Below, piece after piece: positions 38,128-48,794 of a DNA stretch of 64,000 nt. Origin of the DNA: Candidatus Gottesmanbacteria bacterium RIFCSPHIGHO2_02_FULL_39_11 (GTDB taxonomy: Bacteria > Patescibacteriota > Microgenomatia > 2-02-FULL-39-11); contig MFJL01000014.1 of NCBI GenBank assembly GCA_001779195.1, forward strand, positions 9,522-73,521, read 5' to 3'. Position 1 is the stretch's first letter. The number at the start of each line of letters is the position of its first letter. A program made the translations under genes and the position numbers. The notes below the pieces were generated by a model that saw nothing but the letters and a program-made list of their open reading frames with translations, ran no database searches and was not told the origin of the DNA.

Positions 38128-39288
38128 TTATTTGGGTTGCGTTGCTACTTCAATTAGAGTTTTAAAAGTTTGTTCACCTCCCAAGTCCCAACTAAACTTT
38201 TTAATCTGCTCAAATCCTTTTTGAATTAGATTTTTCCGATATAGAGCATCGGTTAAGACTTTTTTTATCCCTTCTTCAATACTTGTGCTGTCTGTGGGAT
38301 CGATAAAACAGGCCGCATCTCCTGCGATCTCGGGAAGGCTGCTTACATTACTTAGAACTGCCGGACACCCACATGCTAATGATTCAATTACCGGTATTCC
38401 AAATCCTTCGTACAGACTGGGGAGAATAAAGCAGGAAGCTAAATTATATAGAAGTGATAAATCTTCATCTTCTGCAAAATCCGTAAATATCACCTTTTTC
38501 TCTTCCATGAGATATTTCTTATGGGTCAAAATACCTTCATACATCCATCCTTTTTTTCCGACCAGAAGAAGCTGAAAATTATCAAACTGCCCGGAATTAA
38601 TAATTCTCTCAAAAGCATCCAGAAGCTTTACAATATTTTTTCTGGGCTGAATAGTGCCGACAAAAAGAATAAAGTTCTCACCGACACAGAACTTCTTTTT
38701 AACAGCTTCTTTTTCTTTTTTTAAAACTTCTCTTTTCTTATACAGATTATCATCAAACCCGGGGTAAGTAACTACAATACTGTCCGGGTTTACCTGATAA
38801 TATTTTATAATTTCTTCTTTGCTGAACTGACTGATAGTAAATATTTTCGATGCGTTTTTGACGGAATACGAAGTCCAGTTCTCAAGCTGATAGAGATCTT
38901 TTTTATTAAACAGTTCCGGAAAATGAAAAAAGGAGAGATCCATGATGGAAATCACACTCGGCTCACGCAGGAAACGGGGAGCATAATGGGAAGGTGAAAA
39001 AAAAATGTTTGAGGATCTAAAAAGAGTCAGATGAAACGGAAGAGCAAATTGAGTCCACATTTTAGAAGGACCAAAAACTTTATATTTCCACCAAGGAGCA
39101 GAAGTTGGTAAGTCAGAGAGGGGTTTGTCTTTCAAATAAATCTCAAAACTTACGTCTCTATATGAAGTATTTTTTTCTTTTTTTCTTAACGCATACAGGG
39201 AAGTTATGGTATGAAAAGCATATTGACCTATACCCACTCTTTTTTTAGTATTGGCTTCATTTCCGTCAATTCCTATTTTAATCGTCAT
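38128..39288 (-). CDS. Glycosyltransferase family 4 (GT-B)
   Basis: YEGFGIPVIESLACGCPAV. The start is adjusted to the internal ATG (MTIKIGIDG) so the overlap with the upstream gene is 4 nt; the track ORF runs to 39336. Confidence 0.75.
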   Translation of the reverse strand: MTIKIGIDGNEANTKKRVGIGQYAFHTITSLYALRKKEKNTSYRDVSFEIYLKDKPLSDLPTSAPWWKYKVFGPSKMWTQFALPFHLTLFRSSNIFFSPSHYAPRFLREPSVISIMDLSFFHFPELFNKKDLYQLENWTSYSVKNASKIFTISQFSKEEIIKYYQVNPDSIVVTYPGFDDNLYKKREVLKKEKEAVKKKFCVGENFILFVGTIQPRKNIVKLLDAFERIINSGQFDNFQLLLVGKKGWMYEGILTHKKYLMEEKKVIFTDFAEDEDLSLLYNLASCFILPSLYEGFGIPVIESLACGCPAVLSNVSSLPEIAGDAACFIDPTDSTSIEEGIKKVLTDALYRKNLIQKGFEQIKKFSWDLGGEQTFKTLIEVATQPK

Positions 39289-40400
39289 AGTATGCTTTGG
39301 TAAACTTTTAACGTTTCCTCTGCTGTTTTTTCCCATGTAAATTTTTTAACATGATTTTTTCCTTTTTCAATTAAATTATCCCGCATTTTTTTATCTTCCA
39401 GAACTTCGCTTATGACTTTTTCCAGCTTTTCTTCACTGGTTGGATCAATAAGAATTGCCGCCGCACCACTTACTTCCTTCATGCTTCCTATATTTGACGT
39501 AACAACCGGACACCCGGCACTCATCGCCTCAAGTATAGGTAGCCCAAATCCTTCATACAAAGAAGGGTAAACAAAAAGACTCGCTCCTTTATATATAGCG
39601 GGCATATCCGGTGCGGGTATAAATCCTGTATAGCAAATTTTTTCATTTCTTTCCGCCGCATCCATCCATCCCGGTTTTCCAACAATTACCAGATTATATT
39701 GGTTTATTTTGTTTTGTTTTTTTAAATTTAAAAATGCAGTTATAAGCAAATTAAGATTTTTACGCGGTTCAATGGTTCCTACTGCTAATATGTATTTATT
39801 GGGCAACTCATATTTTACCAGAGTCTTTTTGCTATCTTCGTCGGTAGCCTCACTAAACAGTGAATTAACTCCTGAATAAATAACTGAAATTTTTTTCGGA
39901 TCAATTCGGAATGCTTTGACTAAATCACTTTCTGTAGTTTTGGAGACGCTTATAATTTTATCGCATTCACTTGCAACATGCAGAAGCCTCCGGCTGTGAG
40001 TTTTTATGATATATGCTTGGGAAACTTCGGGAAATTTAAAAGGAACTAAGTCATGAACGGTCGTCACTTTTTTTGCGCTGGCGGGAAATTGTATCCAGTC
40101 TGAAGAATGGTAGACATCATACGTCCCGATAAAAGTTTCAATCTTCGGAAAATGGATGTAGTTTCCTAAAATGTTTGCAAATTTTTCAGGGAGGGAAATT
40201 ACTTTACTCTCAAAGTTTGAAGAAAACTCCGCCAATTCATGTATGAAATTGGAAATTTTTCGGTCTTCTTTTGTAAAAGCAAAAAGCAGGTAATGATTTT
40301 TTTTATCAATTAAAAGAAGGTGACGCACCAGTTCTTTTGTGTATACGGAAACTCCGGTTCCTTCGTATACAATTTGAGAGATATCAATTGCTATTGTCAT
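39285..40400 (-). CDS. Glycosyltransferase family 4 (GT-B)
   Basis: 371 aa with YEGFGLPILEAMSAGCPVVTS. Confidence 0.8.
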   Translation of the reverse strand: MTIAIDISQIVYEGTGVSVYTKELVRHLLLIDKKNHYLLFAFTKEDRKISNFIHELAEFSSNFESKVISLPEKFANILGNYIHFPKIETFIGTYDVYHSSDWIQFPASAKKVTTVHDLVPFKFPEVSQAYIIKTHSRRLLHVASECDKIISVSKTTESDLVKAFRIDPKKISVIYSGVNSLFSEATDEDSKKTLVKYELPNKYILAVGTIEPRKNLNLLITAFLNLKKQNKINQYNLVIVGKPGWMDAAERNEKICYTGFIPAPDMPAIYKGASLFVYPSLYEGFGLPILEAMSAGCPVVTSNIGSMKEVSGAAAILIDPTSEEKLEKVISEVLEDKKMRDNLIEKGKNHVKKFTWEKTAEETLKVYQSIL

Positions 40401-41191
40401 GGTAGTATTGATACTTGAAAAATTTTCCTGTAGACCGGCTCTTCATTTCTTCTTCTTAAAAAAGGGATAAGGAAGAGCATCACTTTCCGATAAAATATAG
40501 CCTTCAGAGGATTTTTAGACATCCACCCTTGCATCAAAACCTCTCGGATCTTAAGACTCTCATTTCCGATTATATTGATTTCTACTTTTTTGTGTGTCAC
40601 AAGGGAAGCATTTTTTATTTCCTTTAGAATTTCCTCAAGAGAGGGTAGCCCGAGTCCGATCTGCTCTTGTAAAAAATGATAATGCTTATGATGAATTCTT
40701 TCATATTCATAATCTAACCTCTCATCCTGCTCCTGGGCCTTTTTACCTGCAGGAACACCGATAAAAAACATCTTTTTGGCAACTCGCATCATTTCTTCAA
40801 CTGCTTTTGACCGGTTACCGGTACTTATATGCTCAAGCGTATCTGTTGAAACAACTACATCATATGAATTATCAGGAAAAGGAATTCCGATTGCAGAACC
40901 TTTTACCTGTTTTAAATTCGGATGATAGGGAGGATAAAATTCTATGTCCAAACCCGTAACCGGACGCCTGATATAAGGGGCGATACCCAACCCTCCGGAT
41001 CCTACATCTAAAATTGAAGGATTTCCCGGAAGTTTTTTTATAGAATCAACGATGGGAAGATACCGTAAAGCGACCTCGGGATGCCAGCGGTAAAATATAA
41101 AGAAGCCCGTTATATAAGCCAGTAAATCAGATTCTATCATAAATATATATAAAGCCCACCCCGGGATAGTTTTTGATACCTGTATTTTCAA
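40397..41191 (-). CDS. Class I SAM-dependent methyltransferase with an N-terminal membrane segment
   Basis: 264 aa with the SAM motif ILDVGSGGLGIAP and an N-terminal hydrophobic helix. Confidence 0.7.
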   Translation of the reverse strand: MKIQVSKTIPGWALYIFMIESDLLAYITGFFIFYRWHPEVALRYLPIVDSIKKLPGNPSILDVGSGGLGIAPYIRRPVTGLDIEFYPPYHPNLKQVKGSAIGIPFPDNSYDVVVSTDTLEHISTGNRSKAVEEMMRVAKKMFFIGVPAGKKAQEQDERLDYEYERIHHKHYHFLQEQIGLGLPSLEEILKEIKNASLVTHKKVEINIIGNESLKIREVLMQGWMSKNPLKAIFYRKVMLFLIPFLRRRNEEPVYRKIFQVSILP

Positions 41192-42530
41192 ACCCTAGTG
41201 ATAAAAGATATTTTCTCGTTTTGCCAGTAGGATCCGTAAGACCGGTCAGGTACTCAAAGAGATATACGCGATCTTTACCTTGGACAAACGGAACCATCCG
41301 AACAAGATCCTGTCCGGTTAAAATAAAATGGGGAGCAATACCGCGTGCTTCTACTTTACCGGTCTGATACCAAAGAAAGGGTGCGAAGGGATCAGGAAAT
41401 ACAAAAAGCGCAAGCTTGTTTGAATTACTATTATCATTTTCAACATATGCTACCGCATCCCTCCAGTTCTCTCTTTGCACGGATGGATCTAAATAATACT
41501 GCAACAGCCCGGAAAGTGCGATTACTACAACCAGAAAGATTCCGATAGATTTTATTTTTTTGGGAAGACACAACAATCCATCTGCTGTTATAAGATAAAA
41601 AAACGGAATCAGAAATAAAAGTCGTTGAGGAGCCAGAATCGGAATAAAAAAGGAAACCAGAAACAAAGAAATAAAAGAAGAAACAAAAAAAATAAAAATA
41701 AAATCAAAATTTTTTTCTCTTATTCTTCTGACAATTCCTAAAGAGAAAAAAATCAGTCCGGGAATTAAAATAAGTCCATATAACAGATGGTCACTGATAC
41801 TTCCTTTTCCGAATGCAAATTTAGCAAACATGAGGGTCACCGCTTTTAAGGGCGCAAAGGAAACGACATCTGTCCATCCTGCAAAAACCCCTCCGGTTCC
41901 GATTTTCAGCTGTTCAATAAATGACGGTATCCACGGAATATAAAAAATAAGACTGCAGATTATACAATATATCCACCGATGCAATAATTTTCTTTCTTTT
42001 AAGAAAATCCACATGCCCTGACCGATAAGAACAAATGGCCAAAAATAAAGAGAGTAGATTAAAAAAACTACGCCTATAAAATAAAATACCCATTTTTTCC
42101 TCAAAAGTAAAAAGCTTGTTAGCAGGGTTAAAAAAACAAACAGCATATACGGTCTTGCTTCCTGCGAGTACCAAATGTGATAGGGGGAAATAGAAAGAAG
42201 AAATGCTGTAAGAATACTTTTATTAATATTTTCTTTTTTAGGTATTAAATATGCGATAAGTAAGATACAGCCCGTCCCAAGAATCACAGATGGTAGCCGT
42301 ATCCAGTTTTCTGTGTGAGAAAATATCATCCCAAAATGCAAAAATATATGGTAGAGGGGCGGGTGAAAATCGGCTGCGAGTTTAAATTGCAAAAATATCG
42401 GCCGTGCAGATTCAATAACCTGTGCCGCCTCATCCAGCCAAAAGGATTGGTTTAAATTGACAAGCCTCAGAATAAAAGCAAGTATAATAACAAACAAAAT
42501 ATAGTATGATTTTTCAATACTTTTTTTCAT
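41127..42530 (-). CDS. GT-C membrane glycosyltransferase, family 39/PMT_2-like (polyprenyl-P-sugar dependent)
   Basis: 467 aa and polytopic, with the first-loop motif NQSFWLDEAAQV typical of ArnT/PMT-type enzymes. Confidence 0.65.
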   Translation of the reverse strand: MKKSIEKSYYILFVIILAFILRLVNLNQSFWLDEAAQVIESARPIFLQFKLAADFHPPLYHIFLHFGMIFSHTENWIRLPSVILGTGCILLIAYLIPKKENINKSILTAFLLSISPYHIWYSQEARPYMLFVFLTLLTSFLLLRKKWVFYFIGVVFLIYSLYFWPFVLIGQGMWIFLKERKLLHRWIYCIICSLIFYIPWIPSFIEQLKIGTGGVFAGWTDVVSFAPLKAVTLMFAKFAFGKGSISDHLLYGLILIPGLIFFSLGIVRRIREKNFDFIFIFFVSSFISLFLVSFFIPILAPQRLLFLIPFFYLITADGLLCLPKKIKSIGIFLVVVIALSGLLQYYLDPSVQRENWRDAVAYVENDNSNSNKLALFVFPDPFAPFLWYQTGKVEARGIAPHFILTGQDLVRMVPFVQGKDRVYLFEYLTGLTDPTGKTRKYLLSLGFENTGIKNYPGVGFIYIYDRI

Positions 42531-43372
42531 TTTGATTTACGTTCCCCAAAAAATGACATTGAAATGCTTCTCCTTATTCCAAGAGAATATATATAAGAAA
42601 AAGGAATCATTCCTATCTCTTTATATTGAAACGCTTTAATAAAACTTATAACCGTTTGAACAGCAAGTGAATAACGAAAAATATTAATTATTTTTCTGAT
42701 AAGATTTCCTGAGATAAATTCATTTTTTCCAATCCATCTTGCTTGTCTGTAGATTTCTTTTAAAGAATCCGGGTTATGATGGTAGCAAATTGCTCCTTTT
42801 GCCAGAGTTGCTTTGATTCCTAATTTTCTAGATAATGTCCAGTCATCTGTAAATCCTATGTCTGAAAATCCTCCGACTTTTTCAAATTCTTTTTTTAAAA
42901 TAGCGCGAAATACAGGAGATTTATCAGAATAATCTTGAGGAATTCTTCTTTTATCTTTTATTCCCTGATAATAGTTCCAGCACCGGGCCCATTTGTTTTC
43001 CCAATTTGACACATACTCTTCTTTTGTAAATGTTCCTTTTGTTTTTTTATTTTCAATAGGCTCAACTAACTTTTTGATAAAGTCGCGATCAAATGTCATA
43101 TCCGCATCCACAAACACCAGAATGTCCCCTTTTGCATGAGAAACTCCTAAATTCCTAGCCGGCCCAGGTCCTTTATGTTCTTGTCTATAATAAGACATAT
43201 CGCACAATTTTTGGATTTTGTCCGCCTGCCAGCGGATTGGATTTTGAGCTTCATTACTTCCGTCATCAACCAAAATTATTTCACTATCAGAATAGGATTG
43301 CATAGAAAGTGAATCCAAACAACTGGTAATGGTTTCCTCCTCGTTATACATAGGAATAATAATTGAGACCAT
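42527..43372 (-). CDS. Glycosyltransferase family 2 (GT-A)
   Basis: 281 aa with MVSIIIPMYNEEETI, VDDGS and DADM. Confidence 0.8.
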   Translation of the reverse strand: MVSIIIPMYNEEETITSCLDSLSMQSYSDSEIILVDDGSNEAQNPIRWQADKIQKLCDMSYYRQEHKGPGPARNLGVSHAKGDILVFVDADMTFDRDFIKKLVEPIENKKTKGTFTKEEYVSNWENKWARCWNYYQGIKDKRRIPQDYSDKSPVFRAILKKEFEKVGGFSDIGFTDDWTLSRKLGIKATLAKGAICYHHNPDSLKEIYRQARWIGKNEFISGNLIRKIINIFRYSLAVQTVISFIKAFQYKEIGMIPFSYIYSLGIRRSISMSFFGERKSK

Positions 43373-43389
43373 GAATATATTGTATCAAG

Positions 43390-44904
43390 TTATCTCTCTT
43401 CAAACGAATAGTAGCAGTAGTGAGTGTTGTCGTAGTAAGGACTTTTTGAAATATCAGTCTTAAAGTTTCTTTTTAAGAGCATTGCATCTCCCTTTTTATA
43501 TACTACAGAATATCGATTATCTTTTAATATCCAATCGCTTACAAAACGTTTCATTTCTTCATAACTTAACGGAGCATAAGCATTAGGTTGGTCGTGAAAG
43601 TCGAGAATAATATAATCACTATTTAATCCGTATGGTAAGCGATACGCGCTGTTTCTCTCCGTCAGATGAGGAAGAAGATTATTCTGAGCTGCAACTGATA
43701 CACCTGTGGGAACTTGTGATATAACCGCATCGTTATTTCTCATCCACTCTTCCCTCTCATAAAAGTTTCTTTTTAAGAAACTGTGAACGGGAGCTGTGAG
43801 AATAACATCCTGCATAAGAGTTGCCAATATTAAAAAAATTCCGATGAAAATAAAAAATACTTTTTTCTTTTTGTTTGAAATTTTTTTTCCTAACTTTCCC
43901 GAAGCATAAACTGAACTGACAGCAAGAAGCATTGCTCCCGTTGCAGCATTATGATTTATGAGCATCCATTTGGTTATCTGAGGACCTTCGTATAAAAACC
44001 TGAAAGAAAAATCAGCAAGTAATGGAATAAGAATAAAAAGAGGAGAAAAAACGGGAAGTGTAATAAATGTAAAAAAAGAAGTGATTATCGTATGTATTTT
44101 TAAAGGATTCCCTATTAGCCCTTGCAAAACTTTTAGCGGGTCTGTAAATAAAATATGTATTAGTCCCAGAGGACTCGTGGATCCACCCACAGATTTAAAA
44201 TGAGTAAAATGACCATATACACCTTTAATAGAATAAAGAGGCACCAGAACATATACCAAAAGAATAAATACGCAAAATCCTAAAATTCCAGTTACTCCTC
44301 CCCGAATTCTCCATCCTTTTCTGAATAACAGTCCGATTCCAATGGCACTTACCAGTAAGGCCATATCCTCTTTAATGGTAAAAAGTGCAAGAATGCAAAA
44401 CCAGTAAATAAGTCTTTTGTCTTTCTCAATGGCCAAATATAAAAGAGAAATAAAAAAAGGAGCAAAAGTTACCTGATGGAATTCATTTAAAATTGCAAAC
44501 TGAGTACCTATAAAAAAAAGGTATGCAAAAACTATTGCCAGTGACAAAAAAACATGCCGGGTAATTTTTCTAGATAATAAATACAGAGGGAGGGCGGAAA
44601 ACACCATCCAGAAAGACTGAAAAATCAGAATTATCCGAACATTTTCCCAAATGCGATAAAGAGGCGCCAAGAGGTATAAAATAGGCTGAAAATGATCTTC
44701 AAGAAGCCAAATACAGCCGGCTGAACTATATGGGAAAATACCCCGGCTTATTTTCCAGATGGCTTCATCAAAATACCCCAGATCGAGTCCAAATGTCATA
44801 TACCGGTTATGTGTCTGGACTGAAATAAAAGAATAAATAAAAGACATTGTCCCCAAAAAGACAAACAGAATGAAAAACTCACTGATCTGATGTATTCTTT
44901 TCAT
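43390..44904 (-). CDS. Polytopic membrane protein, DUF2079-like (putative GT-C-type glycosyltransferase)
   Basis: 504 aa with about 11 TM segments, an FGLDLGYFDEAIW N-terminal loop and a C-terminal soluble domain. The family call is uncertain. Confidence 0.45.
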   Translation of the reverse strand: MKRIHQISEFFILFVFLGTMSFIYSFISVQTHNRYMTFGLDLGYFDEAIWKISRGIFPYSSAGCIWLLEDHFQPILYLLAPLYRIWENVRIILIFQSFWMVFSALPLYLLSRKITRHVFLSLAIVFAYLFFIGTQFAILNEFHQVTFAPFFISLLYLAIEKDKRLIYWFCILALFTIKEDMALLVSAIGIGLLFRKGWRIRGGVTGILGFCVFILLVYVLVPLYSIKGVYGHFTHFKSVGGSTSPLGLIHILFTDPLKVLQGLIGNPLKIHTIITSFFTFITLPVFSPLFILIPLLADFSFRFLYEGPQITKWMLINHNAATGAMLLAVSSVYASGKLGKKISNKKKKVFFIFIGIFLILATLMQDVILTAPVHSFLKRNFYEREEWMRNNDAVISQVPTGVSVAAQNNLLPHLTERNSAYRLPYGLNSDYIILDFHDQPNAYAPLSYEEMKRFVSDWILKDNRYSVVYKKGDAMLLKRNFKTDISKSPYYDNTHYCYYSFEER

Positions 44905-44922
44905 ACTTGAAGATTATCACAT

Positions 44923-46485
44923 ATGAAATTAACTACCAAAATAATTTTCGGCTTAATTCTGATACTGGGAATATTCTTAAGAACTTGGAACTTTCAAAGT
45001 TTATTTTATTTTGCAATTGATGAAGAAAAAGCAAGCTTTATAATTTCAGATATTGCAAGCGGGTCCCATTTTCCCAGTGTTGGACATCCTTCATCTGTCG
45101 GATTTAGACTGGGCCCCTTACAGTATTATCTTATCGCTCCTTTCTTTAAACTGTTCGGCACAAGCCCGATTGTCTGGGGATATATAGGAATTGGAGTGTC
45201 TGTATCTTCGATAATTCTTATTTTTAAGTTGGGATCGGCAGTAAATAAAAGAGTAGGTCTTCTATCTCAATTTCTCTATGCAGTTTCATATCTTAACACT
45301 CTGTATGACAGACGCGGATGGCAGCTGACTTTCCATTCAAGTATTTCACTTTTCATTATTCTCTTTTTGTACAAATTAAAACAAACTAAAAAAATACGTT
45401 TTTTGTACCTTCTCACGTTACTTTTGATTTGCTCTACTCAGTTTGAAGTGGCTACATTTATTTTTGTCCCTTTTGTGATCATATCATTCTTTATTTTTCG
45501 CATACCGCTCCCCAAAAAACACGTGATGGTTAATATCATTATTTTTATAATCTCTTTTACTCCCCTTTTGTTTTTTGATCTAAGACATAGTTTCCTAAAT
45601 GCCCGCTACTTAGTCAATTATTTTATTCCGGATGCCCAAATCAGAATCGTAAAAAATAAACCTCTTGAAAATGAGCGCTTGGTATATCTTGCACATAATT
45701 TAATTCCGAATACGTTTACGCGGCTTATAAGCCCTGGAAATGAAAAAAATGTTGCACTACAGTATGCTAACTGCCCCCAATACCTGGTGTATAAACAAGA
45801 AAAAATTAATCCTCTCATTCGTTTTTTGGTAATAGGAATATTTATCGGATTTTTTATTTTCATTATTAGACTTAGAAATAAAAACTTAGAAGAATATCTA
45901 ATACCTAAGTCTATCTTTTTGTATTTCTTCCTTTTATTTGCCGCAACTTCTTTGTATACCTATCTCTTTCACGGAGAAATGGCTGAATATTATATGCAAA
46001 GCGGGTTTGCGTACTTTTTTATAATTACTTCTTATGTTTTAGTAAGAATACTTACGTCACGTTTTAAAATAGTTGCTATCTTATTTTTAGCTTACTTTCT
46101 TTTTTCAAATTCTTCTTCCATTTTTCAAAGTTTTAACCCGTACGGATATACAGATAAACTGAATGCTGAAAAATGGATTATCTCTCAAATCGGGAGCGCA
46201 TCGTTTACTTTAAGCTCTGTCCAAACCTGCTGGTATTCAGGAGGATACCGGTATCTTTTCACCTATCTGGGCAAGGAACCCGCATCAAGCTATATGGATC
46301 AGTATCTTGAAGAATATTATAAACCGCAACAAAAAGAGATACCGAAGTATAAAGTAATTCTTTTAACCCCCGAATTAATAGGTAACAATCCAGATGGATA
46401 TGAAGAATTCAAAAAAAATACTGAAAGAAATTCCGTTTCGTTTAGAAAATTTGGAGCTATTGAAGTATATATTGAGAAGATTTAA
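44923..46485 (+). CDS. GT-C-like membrane glycosyltransferase, paralog A (same family as 47287-48732 and 55547-57109)
   Basis: 520 aa. The N-terminal loop FAIDEEKASFIISDIASGSHFPSVG...LGPLQYYL and the C-terminal SGGYRYLFTYLGKEPASSYMDQY are both shared with 55547-57109. Confidence 0.55.
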   Translation: MKLTTKIIFGLILILGIFLRTWNFQSLFYFAIDEEKASFIISDIASGSHFPSVGHPSSVGFRLGPLQYYLIAPFFKLFGTSPIVWGYIGIGVSVSSIILIFKLGSAVNKRVGLLSQFLYAVSYLNTLYDRRGWQLTFHSSISLFIILFLYKLKQTKKIRFLYLLTLLLICSTQFEVATFIFVPFVIISFFIFRIPLPKKHVMVNIIIFIISFTPLLFFDLRHSFLNARYLVNYFIPDAQIRIVKNKPLENERLVYLAHNLIPNTFTRLISPGNEKNVALQYANCPQYLVYKQEKINPLIRFLVIGIFIGFFIFIIRLRNKNLEEYLIPKSIFLYFFLLFAATSLYTYLFHGEMAEYYMQSGFAYFFIITSYVLVRILTSRFKIVAILFLAYFLFSNSSSIFQSFNPYGYTDKLNAEKWIISQIGSASFTLSSVQTCWYSGGYRYLFTYLGKEPASSYMDQYLEEYYKPQQKEIPKYKVILLTPELIGNNPDGYEEFKKNTERNSVSFRKFGAIEVYIEKI

Positions 46486-47183
46486 TTTTTAACTGCAACT
46501 ACAAAAAATTGTTTTCCCAATAGTTTTTGCAGAACAGGTAATTTCAAATAAAATCTTAAAAGAGGCGGCCAGAGAGGAAGCCATTTAACTTTGGTACTAT
46601 ACGGCAAAAAGGGATACCGATAGTCGCCTATTTTATACCCAATTGTGGTTAAGGCTTCAGTAAGACTTAAAAAAGTAATCGGCACCTTATGATCAAAAAA
46701 ATCCCAATAAGCATTTCCCACAAGTCCTATATCCGGCTGCATAATAAGCAAACGTCCGCCGCTTCTTAATGCCTTAAATGCCTCAGACAAGAGTCGAAAA
46801 ACATCTTCTTTACTGTCTAAATGTTCCAAAAGATTACTCATGAAAAAAACATCAACAGATTTTTCCTTAAACTTGGAATGGAGCTCCTTTACAGGCGCAA
46901 TGATTGCTTTCACATTTGAGAAAGCAACTTTTCTAACATCTGTATTAATATCCAATGCAATTTTTTCTTTTGCGTCAATGTTATTGATAAACTCACATAG
47001 ACCTGCCCCCACGTCTACGACACGATCCGAATTTTTTATATAATTCTGTAAAAATTCTCTGCATAAAATCTTCCATAGTTCACTTTTTCTTATTCTTTCA
47101 TATGAGGTGAATCTGCTGTCGTATAATTTTTTTATATCCAGGGACATATTTGGGAGTTTAACTGAAAAACTGATAATATACAA
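46482..47183 (-). CDS. Class I SAM-dependent methyltransferase
   Basis: 233 aa with VVDVGAGLCEF and LLIMQPD. Confidence 0.7.
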   Translation of the reverse strand: MYIISFSVKLPNMSLDIKKLYDSRFTSYERIRKSELWKILCREFLQNYIKNSDRVVDVGAGLCEFINNIDAKEKIALDINTDVRKVAFSNVKAIIAPVKELHSKFKEKSVDVFFMSNLLEHLDSKEDVFRLLSEAFKALRSGGRLLIMQPDIGLVGNAYWDFFDHKVPITFLSLTEALTTIGYKIGDYRYPFLPYSTKVKWLPLWPPLLRFYLKLPVLQKLLGKQFFVVAVKN

Positions 47184-47286
47184 TTGTTTCAGTAGTTTTA
47201 AAATATTAATTAATAGTTTACAACACCTAAATGGTTATCGGAGAAGTTTCGGAAAAGAGTAAGATTATATATATTTACTGTAAAAA

Positions 47287-48732
47287 ATGAACAGAAATAA
47301 AATTTTACTATTATTAATTCTTCTTATTGCTTTATTTTTCAGATTTTATAATAGTCAGAACAGATACGGAATTGGTTACGATGGAAGTCGCGATGCATTA
47401 GTTGCGTTTGAGTCAGCAAGACAGCTGCAGTTACCTCTTACCGGGTCCTTTTCTTCAATCGGACCGATTACGTTTGGACCACTCTACTACTGGTATATTA
47501 CTCTCTCTACTCTTCTTCCAACCGTATGGGGACCATGGGTAGCAATAAACGTTGCAAGTTTTCTGATGGTATTTATCATGTATAAAACCGGCAAATTATT
47601 AATTAACGAATCATTTGGAATTATACTGGCTTGTGTTACAGCGCTATCTCCGGCTCAGATTATATCAGGAACTCAGCTTCAGCAACACGCATTAATTGGA
47701 TTTCTTTCATCCGTTGTTATCTATTTCTTTGTCAAACATTATTATCAAAGATTTAGTACATTTGAATATATACTCTGGGGATTTTGCTTGGGAAGTGCTA
47801 TTAATTCTCACTATCAAGCAGTTTCTCTTCTGACTCTTCCCTTGCTTGCTGTTATTTTTTTTAAAAGGAAAAAATTTATCTTTACCTTTATATTAGGCCT
47901 TTTTATAAGTTTTATTCCTTTTTTAATTTTTGAGCTTACAAATCATTGGTTTAATACACGAAATATCCTTGACTATATTTTAATCGGGCAATATAGAGTC
48001 TGGACAAGCAATAGATGGATTATTTTTTTGGGAAATTTTATTCCACAGTTTTGGTCTTATGTTACTGGAATACCTATATTTTTATCTTCAATTGCATTTT
48101 TTTCTTCAGTTCCTATTATTCTTTATTTGTATATTAAAAAAGTACTTTCTAAACCTTTTTTCGTAATCTTATTAAGCTTTTTGGCACTGCTAACAAGTTT
48201 AAGATATTACCGAGGAGAAAAATTTTTTGGATATCTACAATTTTTTCACCCCTATATTTTTATTTTTACCTCTTTAGTTTTATATCTCCTTGTCCGAAAG
48301 TTCAAAATGAGCGTTTTACCTACTCTTATAATAATTGGTTATATCATTTTAGTTGTTCCATCTTCTTTTTCCTCTGTATCTTCAGATTCATTTAATCAAA
48401 TTACAAAGCGCAGGGTAGAACTGCTTTCTTCGCATTATCCTAATCAAGTTTTTACACCATATGAATGTAAAGGAGCTTACAATGCAAAAAATGATATCCA
48501 GGGACTTACTCTCATGCTGTTTATGAATAAAAAATTCAGTAATAACGGAAGAAAAATAGCTCTTTATAATAAAGAGTGTGATTTTTTTGGAGGAAAAAGA
48601 TTAGATCTTAACCTGATAGACTTAACTGATAGTTCAGCCTCAGGAAGACTAGCCGAAGGAGAATTATATCCCATGACCCCATACACGGTATGGGATGAAA
48701 CTGCCAGATGGTACTTTAGAGAAGAACCATAA
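47287..48732 (+). CDS. GT-C-like membrane glycosyltransferase, paralog B
   Basis: 481 aa and polytopic. It has YGIGYDGSRDALVAFE...LPLTGSFSSIGPITFGPLYYW, which is similar to the first loops of 44923 and 55547. Confidence 0.5.
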   Translation: MNRNKILLLLILLIALFFRFYNSQNRYGIGYDGSRDALVAFESARQLQLPLTGSFSSIGPITFGPLYYWYITLSTLLPTVWGPWVAINVASFLMVFIMYKTGKLLINESFGIILACVTALSPAQIISGTQLQQHALIGFLSSVVIYFFVKHYYQRFSTFEYILWGFCLGSAINSHYQAVSLLTLPLLAVIFFKRKKFIFTFILGLFISFIPFLIFELTNHWFNTRNILDYILIGQYRVWTSNRWIIFLGNFIPQFWSYVTGIPIFLSSIAFFSSVPIILYLYIKKVLSKPFFVILLSFLALLTSLRYYRGEKFFGYLQFFHPYIFIFTSLVLYLLVRKFKMSVLPTLIIIGYIILVVPSSFSSVSSDSFNQITKRRVELLSSHYPNQVFTPYECKGAYNAKNDIQGLTLMLFMNKKFSNNGRKIALYNKECDFFGGKRLDLNLIDLTDSSASGRLAEGELYPMTPYTVWDETARWYFREEP

Positions 48733-48794
48733 CATCTTAACCGAATGGCCAAAGATGTTTGATCAACATAAAACCTGTTACAAAATTAAACCCA

